DNA of 63,262 nucleotides, counting the filler, from Hyphochytrium catenoides (taxonomy: Eukaryota > Protista > Hyphochytriomycota), in assembly GCA_900088475.1 (NCBI GenBank). It is 14 parts of 14 records of this genome, joined end to end, with 100 filler letters (N's around TTAATTAATTAA, not from the genome) between each part and the next. Parts side by side here need not be neighbours in the genome. Positions count along the whole stretch, not along the records: positions 37,903 to 43,248 come from FLMG01003014.1; positions 43,349 to 44,351 come from FLMG01003494.1; positions 44,452 to 45,717 come from FLMG01000933.1; positions 45,818 to 47,836 come from FLMG01004510.1; positions 47,937 to 53,725 come from FLMG01002187.1; 9 more parts are not named here. One strand, 5' to 3'. The notes beneath the pieces are model-generated. The model was given only the letters and a program-made list of their open reading frames with translations, made no database searches and had not been told where the DNA came from. Below are positions 39,540 to 49,774 of the stretch, piece by piece. The position numbers were made by a program, and so were the translations under genes. Positions within the stretch are counted from its first letter, which is position 1. Every line of letters begins with the position of its first letter.

Positions 39540-41660
39540 ATGGCGTGAGTACAGTTGTTAAGCTTTCAAAAATGTATGATCACCATACCTCACTGACAAT
39601 GCCAGGCGAAGGAACGTTCGGGTCCAGCAAGCTCCAGGAGGTGCCAGGTACGTAGTTACGCTTGCTAGGAACCCCTCAACCCTACCTCACCCACTATATG
39701 CAGCTCTATCAGCTTTGGCCAAGAGGCAGGAACAGGGTATGCAAAGGATCCGGAAGCACCTCACTTGATTAGGTGACTAACAATCAAAACTTGCTGGTCA
39801 ATAGATGGGGCGATGCCATGAGACAGCCAGGGGGCAAACGAGGATTTGGCAAAAGCTCTGGCGGCGGATCAAGCTCCTTTAATCCCTTCCAGCACGATGG
39901 CCAGGTAACCAACTAGCCTTGTCTCTACTTCGGAAGGATAAAGATTTCTCATTGCTCCCACAGCCTTTGGCGCCAGAGCAATTTCAACCAGTGGGGGTGA
40001 GCACAGGACAAGCCAAAAGCTCCCAGCAATACGCGCAGCAAGGGACAACGTGAGTTTAGAGCATATGCTATACTCCTACTCCCATACAGACCTCGCCTTG
40101 CTCCTGTTGTGCATAGCTTCAATCACCGTGGTGCTAGCTGTGGCGGTGGGATGTCTTCCCTTGATCTCTCTCATAAGGTTGGTCCTTGTGTTCTTGTGCC
40201 GTGAGCGCTTCCCTTAGAGGACAAGCTAATCGGCTTATGACGCTGCAGGACAATGCCCCACAGATGAATGTCGTAGATCAAAAGCACGGGCCACAATACC
40301 CGCAGACTGAGTAAGAATCGACGCCTTTCTCCAGCTACCTGTTACATAGACGTGCCTCAATACATCTCCTCTAACTGTCCACTCACTCGTCTGGTCAAGA
40401 TATGCGCCCCACCAGTCCCAGTACAAGGGAGAGCAACACAGCGATACCTATCCCACTCCGGAAGACCAGTTTAACTATGGACAGCAGGGCAACGGCTATG
40501 GACAATCAGGAACTAGTTATGGACAGTCAGGCATTACGTATGGACGGCCCGGAAGTGGCTATGGGCAGCCACGAGGCAGCAGCTATGGCCATCCAGAAAA
40601 CGCTTATGGTAGCTATGCCCAGACACCAGGCGGTTACACGATCAATGACAACTATGCTCAGTCGTACGGTGGCTTGGGATCTGCTGGCAGCACTTATCCT
40701 GACCAACAGATGGGGCTGAACTTCAATAGCGGGCTAAGCAATTCATCATTCAATAGTCAGAGTCCTCGATTGTCTAGCCGCGGCTCAACGAGCACTGGAG
40801 GTGAGATCAAAGTATAGGGATAAGAATACCAAGCAATATTCTAACTCAACCTTTAGGCAGCAGAACATCACGAAGCTCTCTGGCCTCTGCGGGAGCAATG
40901 CAGATGGGTATGAGTCCTTACCGCCAACAGGTCAGTGTCGCACAAAGGAGTTGAGCCAAGCTTAAAGGTATTGAAATGACGATCGCACGAATCTTAGACA
41001 CCTCAAGGGCCAACTTCTCACCAATATGCGACATCCTATGAGACCCAACTGGGGCACACTCCGCAAGGGGACATTTATGACTCTCAGTATCATCAAGGAG
41101 CAGGACAGCTCGCAAACCAGCATGATTTTGGGAGCCAATACCGCAGCCCCGTCTCGAACCTTGCAACACCGCAGATGAGACCACCACCTATGTCGTTTAG
41201 GCCAGATCCGTACAATCAGTTCCCCGCAGGGTATGGCAACGATGAAAGTCGAGGTCCCCAGACTGTCCACCCGGACCGACCTACCTACGCCTCACAGCCC
41301 CCTTCCAACTCTCGCTTAGAATCTCAGTATAATCAGCCTCCCAACAGCTATAACCACTACCCGCCGGGTGTGGGAGGACAGGGCTTGGGAACGGCCCGAG
41401 GAAATGGCTATGGCGGGATGGACCAGGGCAGCAACCCTCCGCCCAATTCTTCATATCCACAGTTCTCAGCAGCAACCTCAATGCCCCACAACCAGCATCA
41501 GCCAGGTGCAGAAGGTGCACACTGGGATCAGAGTAAGGCAACGCCAAGCACACAGGCTCATGCCGTCTCTAAGGCAAAAGCTAGTGAAGTGTGGGGCACA
41601 CGGGGTCACGTTCATATCAACCAACCGCCAGGAGGCAGAAGCCAGATCTCATTAGGTTAA
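39540..41660 (+). CDS. G/Q/P/Y-rich low-complexity protein with Jupiter/HN1/SPIRAL1-like PGGxSxIxxG motifs at both termini; many short introns
   Basis: Spliced N-terminus MA|RRNVRVQQAPGGAS|SISFGQEAGTG|WGDAMRQPGGKRGFGKSSGGGSSSFNPF; C-terminus GHVHINQPPGGRSQISLG*. Confidence 0.7.
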
Positions 41661-41824
41661 TGATGTAGATAGAGTAGTACAATGGCGAGAGGCTACCTCC
41701 TGATAAGCTAAGCAAAAACTGCCTCATACTGGAAATATGTATGTAAGAAGTCCTGAGTGTCCTCAGCGCATCATCAACCTTTCCGAAGCTAGTACTCCCA
41801 CTCCCAGCTGCGCCCCTAACTCGC

Positions 41825-42823
41825 TTAGCGTCTTCGCTTTTCCTTTCTCCTCTCCTCCTCTTCCGCCTTCTTGTTGAGAATAATGAGGATGCGGACAAAG
41901 ATGCTGACAAGGTCTGTGACAGCAGCTCCAGTTAGTCTCTTGAATCGAATGCACCATTCCAGCAGCCACTTACCCATAAAGAGGCCCAAGGCGTGGCCGA
42001 CGTAGTCCCTGCTGCCATAAGAGGCTTTCTCCACTATAAGCTGGGTGTCGAAGATGACGTATCCGCAAAAAACAAGAAGGCCTACGTACTGTTAACACGT
42101 GTGTCAGCTCCAGCACCCTCAAACCATTGCAAAAGAGGCGCACCCACCAGCTCCAAGGTAAAGAAAATTTGGCTGCGAAAGAAGATGTTGGCCAGACTAC
42201 CCATAGCCAGCCATGAAATCGCTGTGCCCAGTATGCCTCCGAGATAGAGATAAGACCTTCTTTGTGCTGCGCCATATCCACTGTCAGCTCACAGTCACAA
42301 ATAGACATAGCCGACCAAATAACAGTGCACTTACCGAACAGAGCAGCTCCAGAAAAGCAGAGAAAAATCATCAGAGTTCCCAGCCTGTAATAAAGGGGAA
42401 CGAAGCAAAGAGAGTTGAGCGATACTTTCTTGATCCCAGAGGGAGCAACCTCACTTACAGTGCGGTAATGACCGTGGAGGGGTTCACGTAGAGTGAGAGG
42501 CCGATAAGAGGGCCTAGGGAGGCCCCATTCAAAAACCCGGCTGCAAGTAGCATGAGCATCCTCTTCTGCATATTTGCCTTCTCCGAGGGCGTCATGGTAA
42601 TCGCCATGGACAGGCCAAGACATCCCAAACCTGTCAGAAGGTTACCAAAGTGGAAGATGTACATGTCTACGTAAGCTCCAACTGCAGCTGCGAGAACCGT
42701 TGCCGCAAGGGCTGAATAGGTTCGTGCCAGATGCGTCCGCACATCTTTAGAAAGGTCATTGAAAGCGAAGACGCTATTGAAGTTGATAGGAGAAGAGTTC
42801 ATAAAGCTGGCAAACTGATCCAT
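41825..42823 (-). CDS. TMBIM6: Bax inhibitor-1 (TMBIM6)
   Basis: [19 protein letters not shown]...GASLGPLI...NPSTVITAL|[11 protein letters not shown]...[11 protein letters not shown]...[42 protein letters not shown]...RRKEKRRR*. These are the canonical BI-1 motifs and basic tail. Confidence 0.95.
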
Positions 42824-43348
42824 GATCCTTTGCTGGATATGCCAACGTGACAAATCTCTCGGCTTCTAATACCACTTCTAGTGCTTCTGATACCACTTCT
42901 ACTGCTGGTGTGCTTCCACGCTGATACTTTTCTCCCTCGTTGCTTGCTTGCTATCGGAAAATTTTGATAGTGAAGAGTAAGAAGGCCGTAGCTCAGCTCA
43001 GGTTGGTGCAGATTGTCCACTACGGGCTGCTTCCCAAGGCTCGCTTTTCATTGACTTTCGTCTTTGACCGCACCTCGTTACGTTACAAAGAGGAGGAATG
43101 GACAGAGCTACGAGTATAAAGACGAAGTCTCAACGAAGTGCTCAAAAGTGCAGCACCTTTGTCACGTTGCAGAGACCTTTTCTAAGATCTCCATTTCTAG
43201 AGCTTTTCTCTGTTATTTTCTGAAGGTTTTCCTTGCTGTTCCCCATTTNNNNNNNNNNNNNNNNNNNNNNNNNNNNNNNNNNNNNNNNNNNNTTAATTAA
43301 TTAANNNNNNNNNNNNNNNNNNNNNNNNNNNNNNNNNNNNNNNNNNNN

Positions 43349-44351
43349 TCGGCTCTTCCTCTTCTTCCTGCTACTGCGAACATTGGTTGCTCCAGACGTC
43401 TCACGAGGCGGTGCCTTTGAGCTCTCTTTTTGCTGCTTCTTTTTGGGCTGGAGATCCACGAACTTCTCGTCGTCTTCATCACTGGCTTCCTCTTCATAAG
43501 GTGCCAATCTTCTTTTTCTGCTAGTTTCAGCATCTACAATTTCAAAGCCTTCGTTGGCGCTATCTGACTCTGACCTGCCGCCCTCGTCAACACCGTCTCC
43601 AGCATCCTGCATCTCATCGTCCTCTTCTCTGTCCTCCTCTTCTACCTCTCCTTCAGCTTGCTCGTCATCTTCTTCGTCGCCGTCCTCCTCCTCCCCCTGC
43701 ATCATTTCCTCATCTCCAATGGATCCGTCCTCTGAGATCTCCTCACGTCCTTCTTTTTCTTCGTCAGACTCCACTCCAAGAAGCTCGTCCTCAATCTGGG
43801 ATATGTCGAAGCCCTGTCGAATACCGTAGAATACTTAGATATCGCTCTTATGGCACATAACAAACGATCTTTCTCCTTACGTCTTCCTCCCCTCCGTTCG
43901 CTTTACCGTCTGGCTTCTGGCGGCTTTTGTGAGACACACTCTTCTTTCGCTGGAGGCGCTCGTCAAACTCCTGCTTCAAACGCAGATACTTCTTTCCGTT
44001 TACGTGCCTGTTAACCTATCAAAAAGTTGGACCGTCAACGCAAGTTCGTTTATGACGTTAACACTGTCTTTTACCTCGTCGGGAATTCTATTAATGGTCT
44101 TCTCCGTCACATTGCAGTACAGGGCTTTCGCATTCCGTCTATGAGGGACCAGATAAGGTTCGTACTGTTTGAAGTCATGAGAGTACCAGTCTCTGGCTTT
44201 GACGTAGCCTTTGGACTTCAAATGTAGCTGGATAGCGGATACTGTCGCGGGGATATCTCTTTCAGTGACCTTGCAATAGACTTTAGCTATAACCCTCTCT
44301 TCGCTTCCTGGGTTGGAAACCTTTACTGTTTTCAGCTCGAGAAATTGCTTG
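43349..44351 (-). CDS. SURF2: Surfeit locus protein 2-like (partial at both ends) with acidic C-terminal region
   Basis: KVYCKVTERDIP...HLKSKGY...DFKQYEPYLVPH...LYCNVTEKTINRIPDEV|..HVNGKKY matches the twin zinc-finger-like SURF2 domain, followed by a D/E-rich tail. Confidence 0.82.
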
Positions 44352-44599
44352 NNNNNNNNNNNNNNNNNNNNNNNNNNNNNNNNNNNNNNNNNNNNTTAAT
44401 TAATTAANNNNNNNNNNNNNNNNNNNNNNNNNNNNNNNNNNNNNNNNNNNNGAGAGAGAGAGAAAGAGAGAGAGACAGAAGAGAGAGAGAGAGAAGTCAA
44501 CAAACGTATATAGGACCACAAAAGGGCCGAACTGAGTCCCCCAAGAGAGAGAGAGAGAGACGTCAGTACGATAGCAGAGAAGGGCAACAAGCGGGCGAT

Positions 44600-45565
44600 G
44601 ACCCACCCAGTATCCGTTCTACCCAGCCTCGCGTTTCCGAGGGTCCGCTCCAGTTGTTGCCGAGGACGACAAAGTCTCCAACTCGAATCTTTGCGTCGTC
44701 TACACGACGGATTCCCAGGCCTCGTTGTGCCGAATCAGACTCCAGTGCATCAGCCAGTTCTTCTCCATCTGCTTGTGACTGAGGACTGAATAAGCTACTG
44801 CCAGCGGGAGGTTGATATTGTTGCTTATTGTCCTCTTCGGGGTTCGCGGTCTCATCCAGTCGAAGTCTCTTTCTTCTTGTCGTTTCAGAATGAATGGGAT
44901 CCACCCTCGAGGACTGCTTCACCTTGGGCGTCTTCGCTTCCTGCAACCGCTTTTGCTGTTGCAGTTCTTCTTCCTCAGTGAGTATGGGATCGGAAGGAAC
45001 CAGCACTCTGCATTGAAGGATGAATAGAAGGCGAAGATCGAGGGGATGCAAACCTTAGAAAGACGGAGGGAGAGAGGGAGGAACTAGAGAAGAAAAGAAA
45101 AAAGAAGGCAAGGGAAGAAGGAATGGGAGAGTGAGACATGGGAGGAAGAGAGAGACAGAGACAGAGAGCACATGAGAAAATGAGAGATATGGCACTAGCG
45201 AAAGTGGGAGATATGAGAGGCTGATGCATCCAAGTGGGTCGGCAGAGGAGAGGCCGTACTGGTAACAAGCGGTGATCTTCTCCATCATCCTGTCGCTGCG
45301 AAGCATGCGCCTCTTCGCCGAATGCTTGCAGATGGGGCATCGCTCTTTTGACAGTGTCAAAGCCTACAAAGATGCAAGCTGTGAGTGGGCGGCAGAGGAA
45401 AAGGAGACATCAAGGGAGAGAGACCTGTGTAATGCACGGGCGGCAATATGTGTGGGCGCATGGCAGAGAGTGAGGGTCAGACAGGGGAGATAAGCAGATG
45501 GGACACTTGAGTTCTCGGCCAAAGTCCTCGAGAAGCTTGAGGACCTCCTGCTGGACGAAGGTCAT
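44600..45565 (-). CDS. N-terminal C3HC4 RING protein, BRCA1/BARD1-like, 3'-partial
   Basis: MTFVQQEVLKLLEDFGRELKCPICLSPLSDPHSLPCAHTYCRPCITQ|ALTLSKERCPICKHSAKRRMLRSDRMMEKITACY. The LExxGRELKCPICLS start resembles plant BRCA1/BARD1. The BRCT region is not in the contig. Confidence 0.7.
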
Positions 45566-46789
45566 CCTCCCTTCCACCTCCACCTCTTACGTAGTAGCTG
45601 AGGACCTGGCTAACATATTCGCAGCGCCACAGTCAAGAAGAAGACCGTAACAATCTGCTGCGGTTTGATGTTGGTGTCTGTGTGTGTGCGAGAGAGAGAC
45701 AAGAGAGAGAGAGAGAGNNNNNNNNNNNNNNNNNNNNNNNNNNNNNNNNNNNNNNNNNNNNTTAATTAATTAANNNNNNNNNNNNNNNNNNNNNNNNNNN
45801 NNNNNNNNNNNNNNNNNTGGGTCATAGAGCGCTGTCTTCCCTCCGCCACCGACCACCCTGCTGCCACCAGCAAGGAGATTGAAGGCTTGTGCTGCATTGT
45901 CACATGTTGTTGCTCTCTTGAACAAAGCAACGAGTGAAAAGTGCTTGTGAGAGGAAGTGGCTAACCGCAACTGAAAAATAGAGGCCAGGACTCAAAATTT
46001 CCAGTGGGAGGTGGGGGCGGAGAATCTCAGGGAAGGAATATAGAATTTTCTGAGGGCTCTCAATTTTCTACTCAGACTCAAATATTGAAATCCCAATAAT
46101 GGAGACGTTTATAGAATAATGGTCGCTCCAAAATGTGAATCCAAACAAAACCCGATATTTGTTCATTATAGGGAAACGCCCAATTTCCCAATAAAGTACC
46201 CCAATATCATGGTTTTCGGGGCTCCTCGGCTGAATCCAGACGCGCCCTAAACTGAAGTACTTTATTATTAGAGAAAGTTACATGTATAGTTATAAAAACC
46301 TTTGAATCAGCAACCAAAGCCTTGCAAAACAGAGAAGGAAATTTTACCTATGAAGGTTTATTACTCTAGGAACCCTAGGGCCCCACCCCAAGACTCAACT
46401 TTACCCAAATCTGACTCGTCCCTTCATACGTTTATTTACCTAGGAAAGTTGCCTCAGAGTTGACCCAAACTCTGCAGATGTCCTCTTATTACAGTGTCTT
46501 TCCCTTCTGTTTCTTGTTCTACTCTTTGCACCCATAGGTGGTATTGTTAGGAGTCGTCTTGTTTCTACTCGGGAGTAAATGATAAGCAAAGTTGTAGGAC
46601 CTCGTAGGAACTGTACGTTGTGTTCTTTGCATAAACTCCTTCCCTTGTGCCACAACCACCACCTCCTTCTCCTTGACCCAAGGCCCCTTCCCCTGACAGA
46701 TACAAGGGCGGAGTCAAATGGCGACGTCGTCTGTGTAAACTAAAGCCTTAGAACTACTCGTGCTTTTGCTTTTTTTCCCTTTCGTTCTA

Positions 46790-46975
46790 AAAAATGGAGA
46801 TAGAAGGCGCCCGTTATCGAGTGGATCGCTTCCTGCCCTGAATGGTGGATCACAAAAGCATTTTCCCTAGATCAAGGTTTTGGCCCAAACTCCCCGCCAT
46901 GTACAATAGTCATAAAGCCCTCGTGAAAAAAAGCTGGTAATGAAACTGAAGAGGCCCTTTTTATAAAGAATCCTT
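46790..46975 (+). pseudogene. Degenerate hAT transposase C-terminal (dimerisation) fragment
   Basis: Across frameshifts it reads EWW/DHKSIFPR/VLAQ/PAM...NETEEALFIKN, similar to the hAT pattern LxWWxxHxxxFPxLxxLA...ETxEALxF. Confidence 0.4.
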
Positions 46976-47110
46976 GACGAGAGGGCAGTGGCAAGCTCAG
47001 TGAGCAGTTGGACCCTTCTCTTGCTTGCCTCGCAGCGTTTGAAGTTAATGATAACGACATTGTGGTTGATGGTTCACCTCCTCCTCCTTCTTCTACCCTT
47101 TTTATCACTT

Positions 47111-47547
47111 AGGAGATCAAATATGAAACTTCCTTTACTGATGATGAGCGTGGAGGAGATCGGCAGGTTGAGGAGGAGGAGACCAAGGCGTTATAGCTTT
47201 CCTTGTTTATTTCTCTCTTTCTCTCCTTCTTCTTCCTCTTCTTCTTCTTCCTCCTCTTCTTCTTCTTCTTTCTTCTTCTTTTACTTCTTCTTTTACTTCT
47301 TAGTAGTTAATAGTAGTAGCTATCATCCTTTATCCCCTTATTATCACTGAGGAAATCAATAATGAATCTTCCTTTACTGATGATGAGTGTGGAGAAGATC
47401 AAGTTGAGGAGGACGAGACCAAGGCGTTATTGCTTTCCTTGTTTCTTTTCTTCTTCCTCTTTTTCTTCTTCCTCTTCTTCTTCTTGTTCTTTTTTCATCT
47501 TACTTCTTCTTTTACTTTTTAGTAGTTATTAGTAGTAGCTATCATCG
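47111..47547 (+). repeat. Tandem duplication, period ~239 bp (47111-47349 and 47350-47547), each with a (CTT)n tract
   Basis: Both copies contain CTTCCTTTACTGATGATGAG.GTGGA, GTTGAGGAGGA.GAGACCAAGGCGTTAT.GCTTTCCTTGTTT and TAGTAGTTA.TAGTAGTAGCTATCATC. Confidence 0.85.
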
Positions 47548-47836
47548 ACTGCTTCTGGAATTCACTTGACGTCACTGACGCGGAAGTGCGTGTGCCCTTT
47601 GCTAGTCTCATCTCTCGAGAAGAGACTAAACTTCAGCACTACTTGTCACGATTTGTTTGGTCGGTCTCAGCCAAGGCCCTGTTGTCTCGTGGTGACCTGG
47701 ATCTGCGCGCAAGGGCTCGCTTACGCGCTACTTCTCTCCCACACGCCGGGGCTTTTCTTCGGGCTGCTCCTATTCCCTGGCTGCAGCTGAGGGTTTCCTC
47801 CCCTTTGGTGTTCCGGGTCATGCTGTGGCGCTTCTT
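47548..47836 (+). mobile_element. 5'-truncated CRE/SLACS-like (RLE-type) non-LTR retrotransposon fragment
   Basis: LQHYLS...RARLRATSLPHAGAFLRAAPIPWLQLRVSSPLVFRVMLWRF resembles the post-RT motif ARLxxxxxPHAGAWLxAxP...LxL...FR...RL that precedes the zinc knuckle and restriction-like endonuclease in CRE-clade elements. Confidence 0.7.
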
Positions 47837-47936
47837 NNNNNNNNNNNNNNNNNNNNNNNNNNNNNNNNNNNNNNNNNNNNTTAATTAATTAANNNNNNNN
47901 NNNNNNNNNNNNNNNNNNNNNNNNNNNNNNNNNNNN

Positions 47937-47974
47937 CCTAACCCTAACCCTAACCCTAACCCTAACCCTAACCC
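47937..47974 (-). repeat. Telomeric repeat (CCCTAA)n / (TTAGGG)n at the contig start
   Basis: About six perfect CCCTAA units directly at the contig edge, grading into a degenerate satellite. Confidence 0.9.
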
Positions 47975-48920
47975 TGCCTATCCCAACCCGCTTTCTATCT
48001 TATAACCCGCTGCCCTAACTCGCTGCCCTAACCTTCTGCCTAACCGACCCTAACCCGCTGCCTATCCCAACCCGCTCCCTATCTTATGCTAAGCCGTTGC
48101 CCCTTCCTAAATCCGCTGCCTTTTCCCTAAACCGCTACCTTTTCTTTCTCACTGCGCAATCCGCTGCCCTAACCTTCTGCCTATCCTACCCTAACCTATC
48201 CCTAGCCCGTTCCCTATCCTTTTTTAACCCTAAGCCCCTTCCCAAATCCGCTGCCTTATCCCTAACCCGCTACCCTTTCTTACCCGCTGCTAATCCGCTG
48301 CGCTAACCTGCTGCCTATCCTACCCTAACCTATCCATAACCCTAATTCTATCATACTCTAACCCGCTGCCCCATCCCAAATCCGCTGCCTTATCTTTAAC
48401 CCGCTACCCTTCCTAACCCGCTTTTCTTAACCCGCTGCCCTCCCCCGCTACCTATCCCTAACCCGCTGCCTATCCCTAACCCGCTCCCTATCTTATATTA
48501 CTCCGGTGCCCAATCCCTACCCCACTGCCTTGTCCCTAACCCGCTCATCTTTGTTACCCGCTAGCTAAGCCGCTCCTCTTATTGTGACCCCTGCTTTTTC
48601 CTTCACCGGTTGCCCTGTGCTTCCTTCCCTATTCTGCTCGCCATCACTAACTCTTACCCGCTCCCTAGTCCGCTGCTCGTTCTCTCCTTCCCTGGCCCTT
48701 TTCTAACCCGCTGCCCTTTCCCTAGCCCCCTGCCCTTCGCTACCATCTCGTTCACCCGCTCACTAACCCGACCACTAACCCGCTCACTAACTCGCCAACC
48801 CGCTTCAACCCGCTAACTACCCTCTCTCTAGCTCGCTTGCTAACAAACTCCCTCCCGCTGTTTTTTCGAACGCGCTGCACTTTCCTCATGCCCTTTCTCT
48901 TAACCCGCTGCCTTAACTAA
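47975..48920 (-). repeat. Subtelomeric satellite (approx. CCCTAACCCGCTG and variants)
   Basis: Dozens of TAACCCGCT, CCGCTGCC and CCTATCC variants, with higher-order reuse of AAATCCGCTGCCTT...CCGCTACC. Confidence 0.8.
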
Positions 48921-49227
48921 GCTGCCCTGTGCCTAACTCCTCAGCCCTTACCAGCGGCCTAGCCGTGATGCTTCCTCTTGTATTCCGGACCGCCGGATTT
49001 GTGCTTGTGCTCTAATGCTTCATACCCCTACTTATGTTATCCCGACATACCTACTACGCTACTACCCTATTCCAACCTTTTCCGTACTCTACACCTTCTC
49101 GCGAACTCCATCCTGAGGACAATGTTCTTGGTGCTCTTTCCTCCCTTGTTTCTTGAGTTTATTTCTCTTCCTCGCTAGCTTAGGGTTAGGGTTAGGTTCT
49201 CTCCTCTCTCTCTCATCTCTCTCTCTT

Positions 49228-49258
<31 letters not shown>

Positions 49259-49282
49259 CTCTCTCTCTCTTTCTTTCTCTCC

Positions 49283-49355
<73 letters not shown>

Positions 49356-49774
49356 GCTCTTTCTCTCTCTCTCTCGCGCTCTCGCTCTCTCTCTCGCTTT
49401 CTCTCTCTTTCTCTCTCTCTCTCTCTTCTCACTCTCATTACTCTGTCACTTTCCTCTCATTGCTCGTAGTTTTGGCCTCTCCTATCTTCCCCCTCATCTC
49501 TCCTCCTCCTTGTCCGCCCTTTCTGGCTAAGCATGTCTCCCACTTACTCTGTCTGCTCTCATCTTGAACTCTATCCCCTCCTCTCCTTTCATCTCTTCCG
49601 TCTCTGTCTCTTTACTGTAAGATAGAGGAGCAAGCTCTGGAGCTCGCCCTTTGATATGGGTAATCCAGTCCGTCGGACTGTATTAAATTTTGGAATGTTT
49701 AGGTGTAGATTCTTGATACGGATCCTGCTGCCTGCTGCCTGGTTCCTCCCCAGCTTTGTTCAGTGATTTCACCA

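Noticed and set aside
1852-45565. Apparent cell-death/signalling gene cluster (FAIM, PEN-2, BI-1, BRCA1-like)
   Set aside because: The genes are on different contigs joined artificially, so there is no evidence of linkage.
47548-47974. CRE-like retroelement adjacent to the telomere repeats (MoTeR/SART-like telomere targeting)
   Set aside because: A linker separates the two sequences; the adjacency is artificial.
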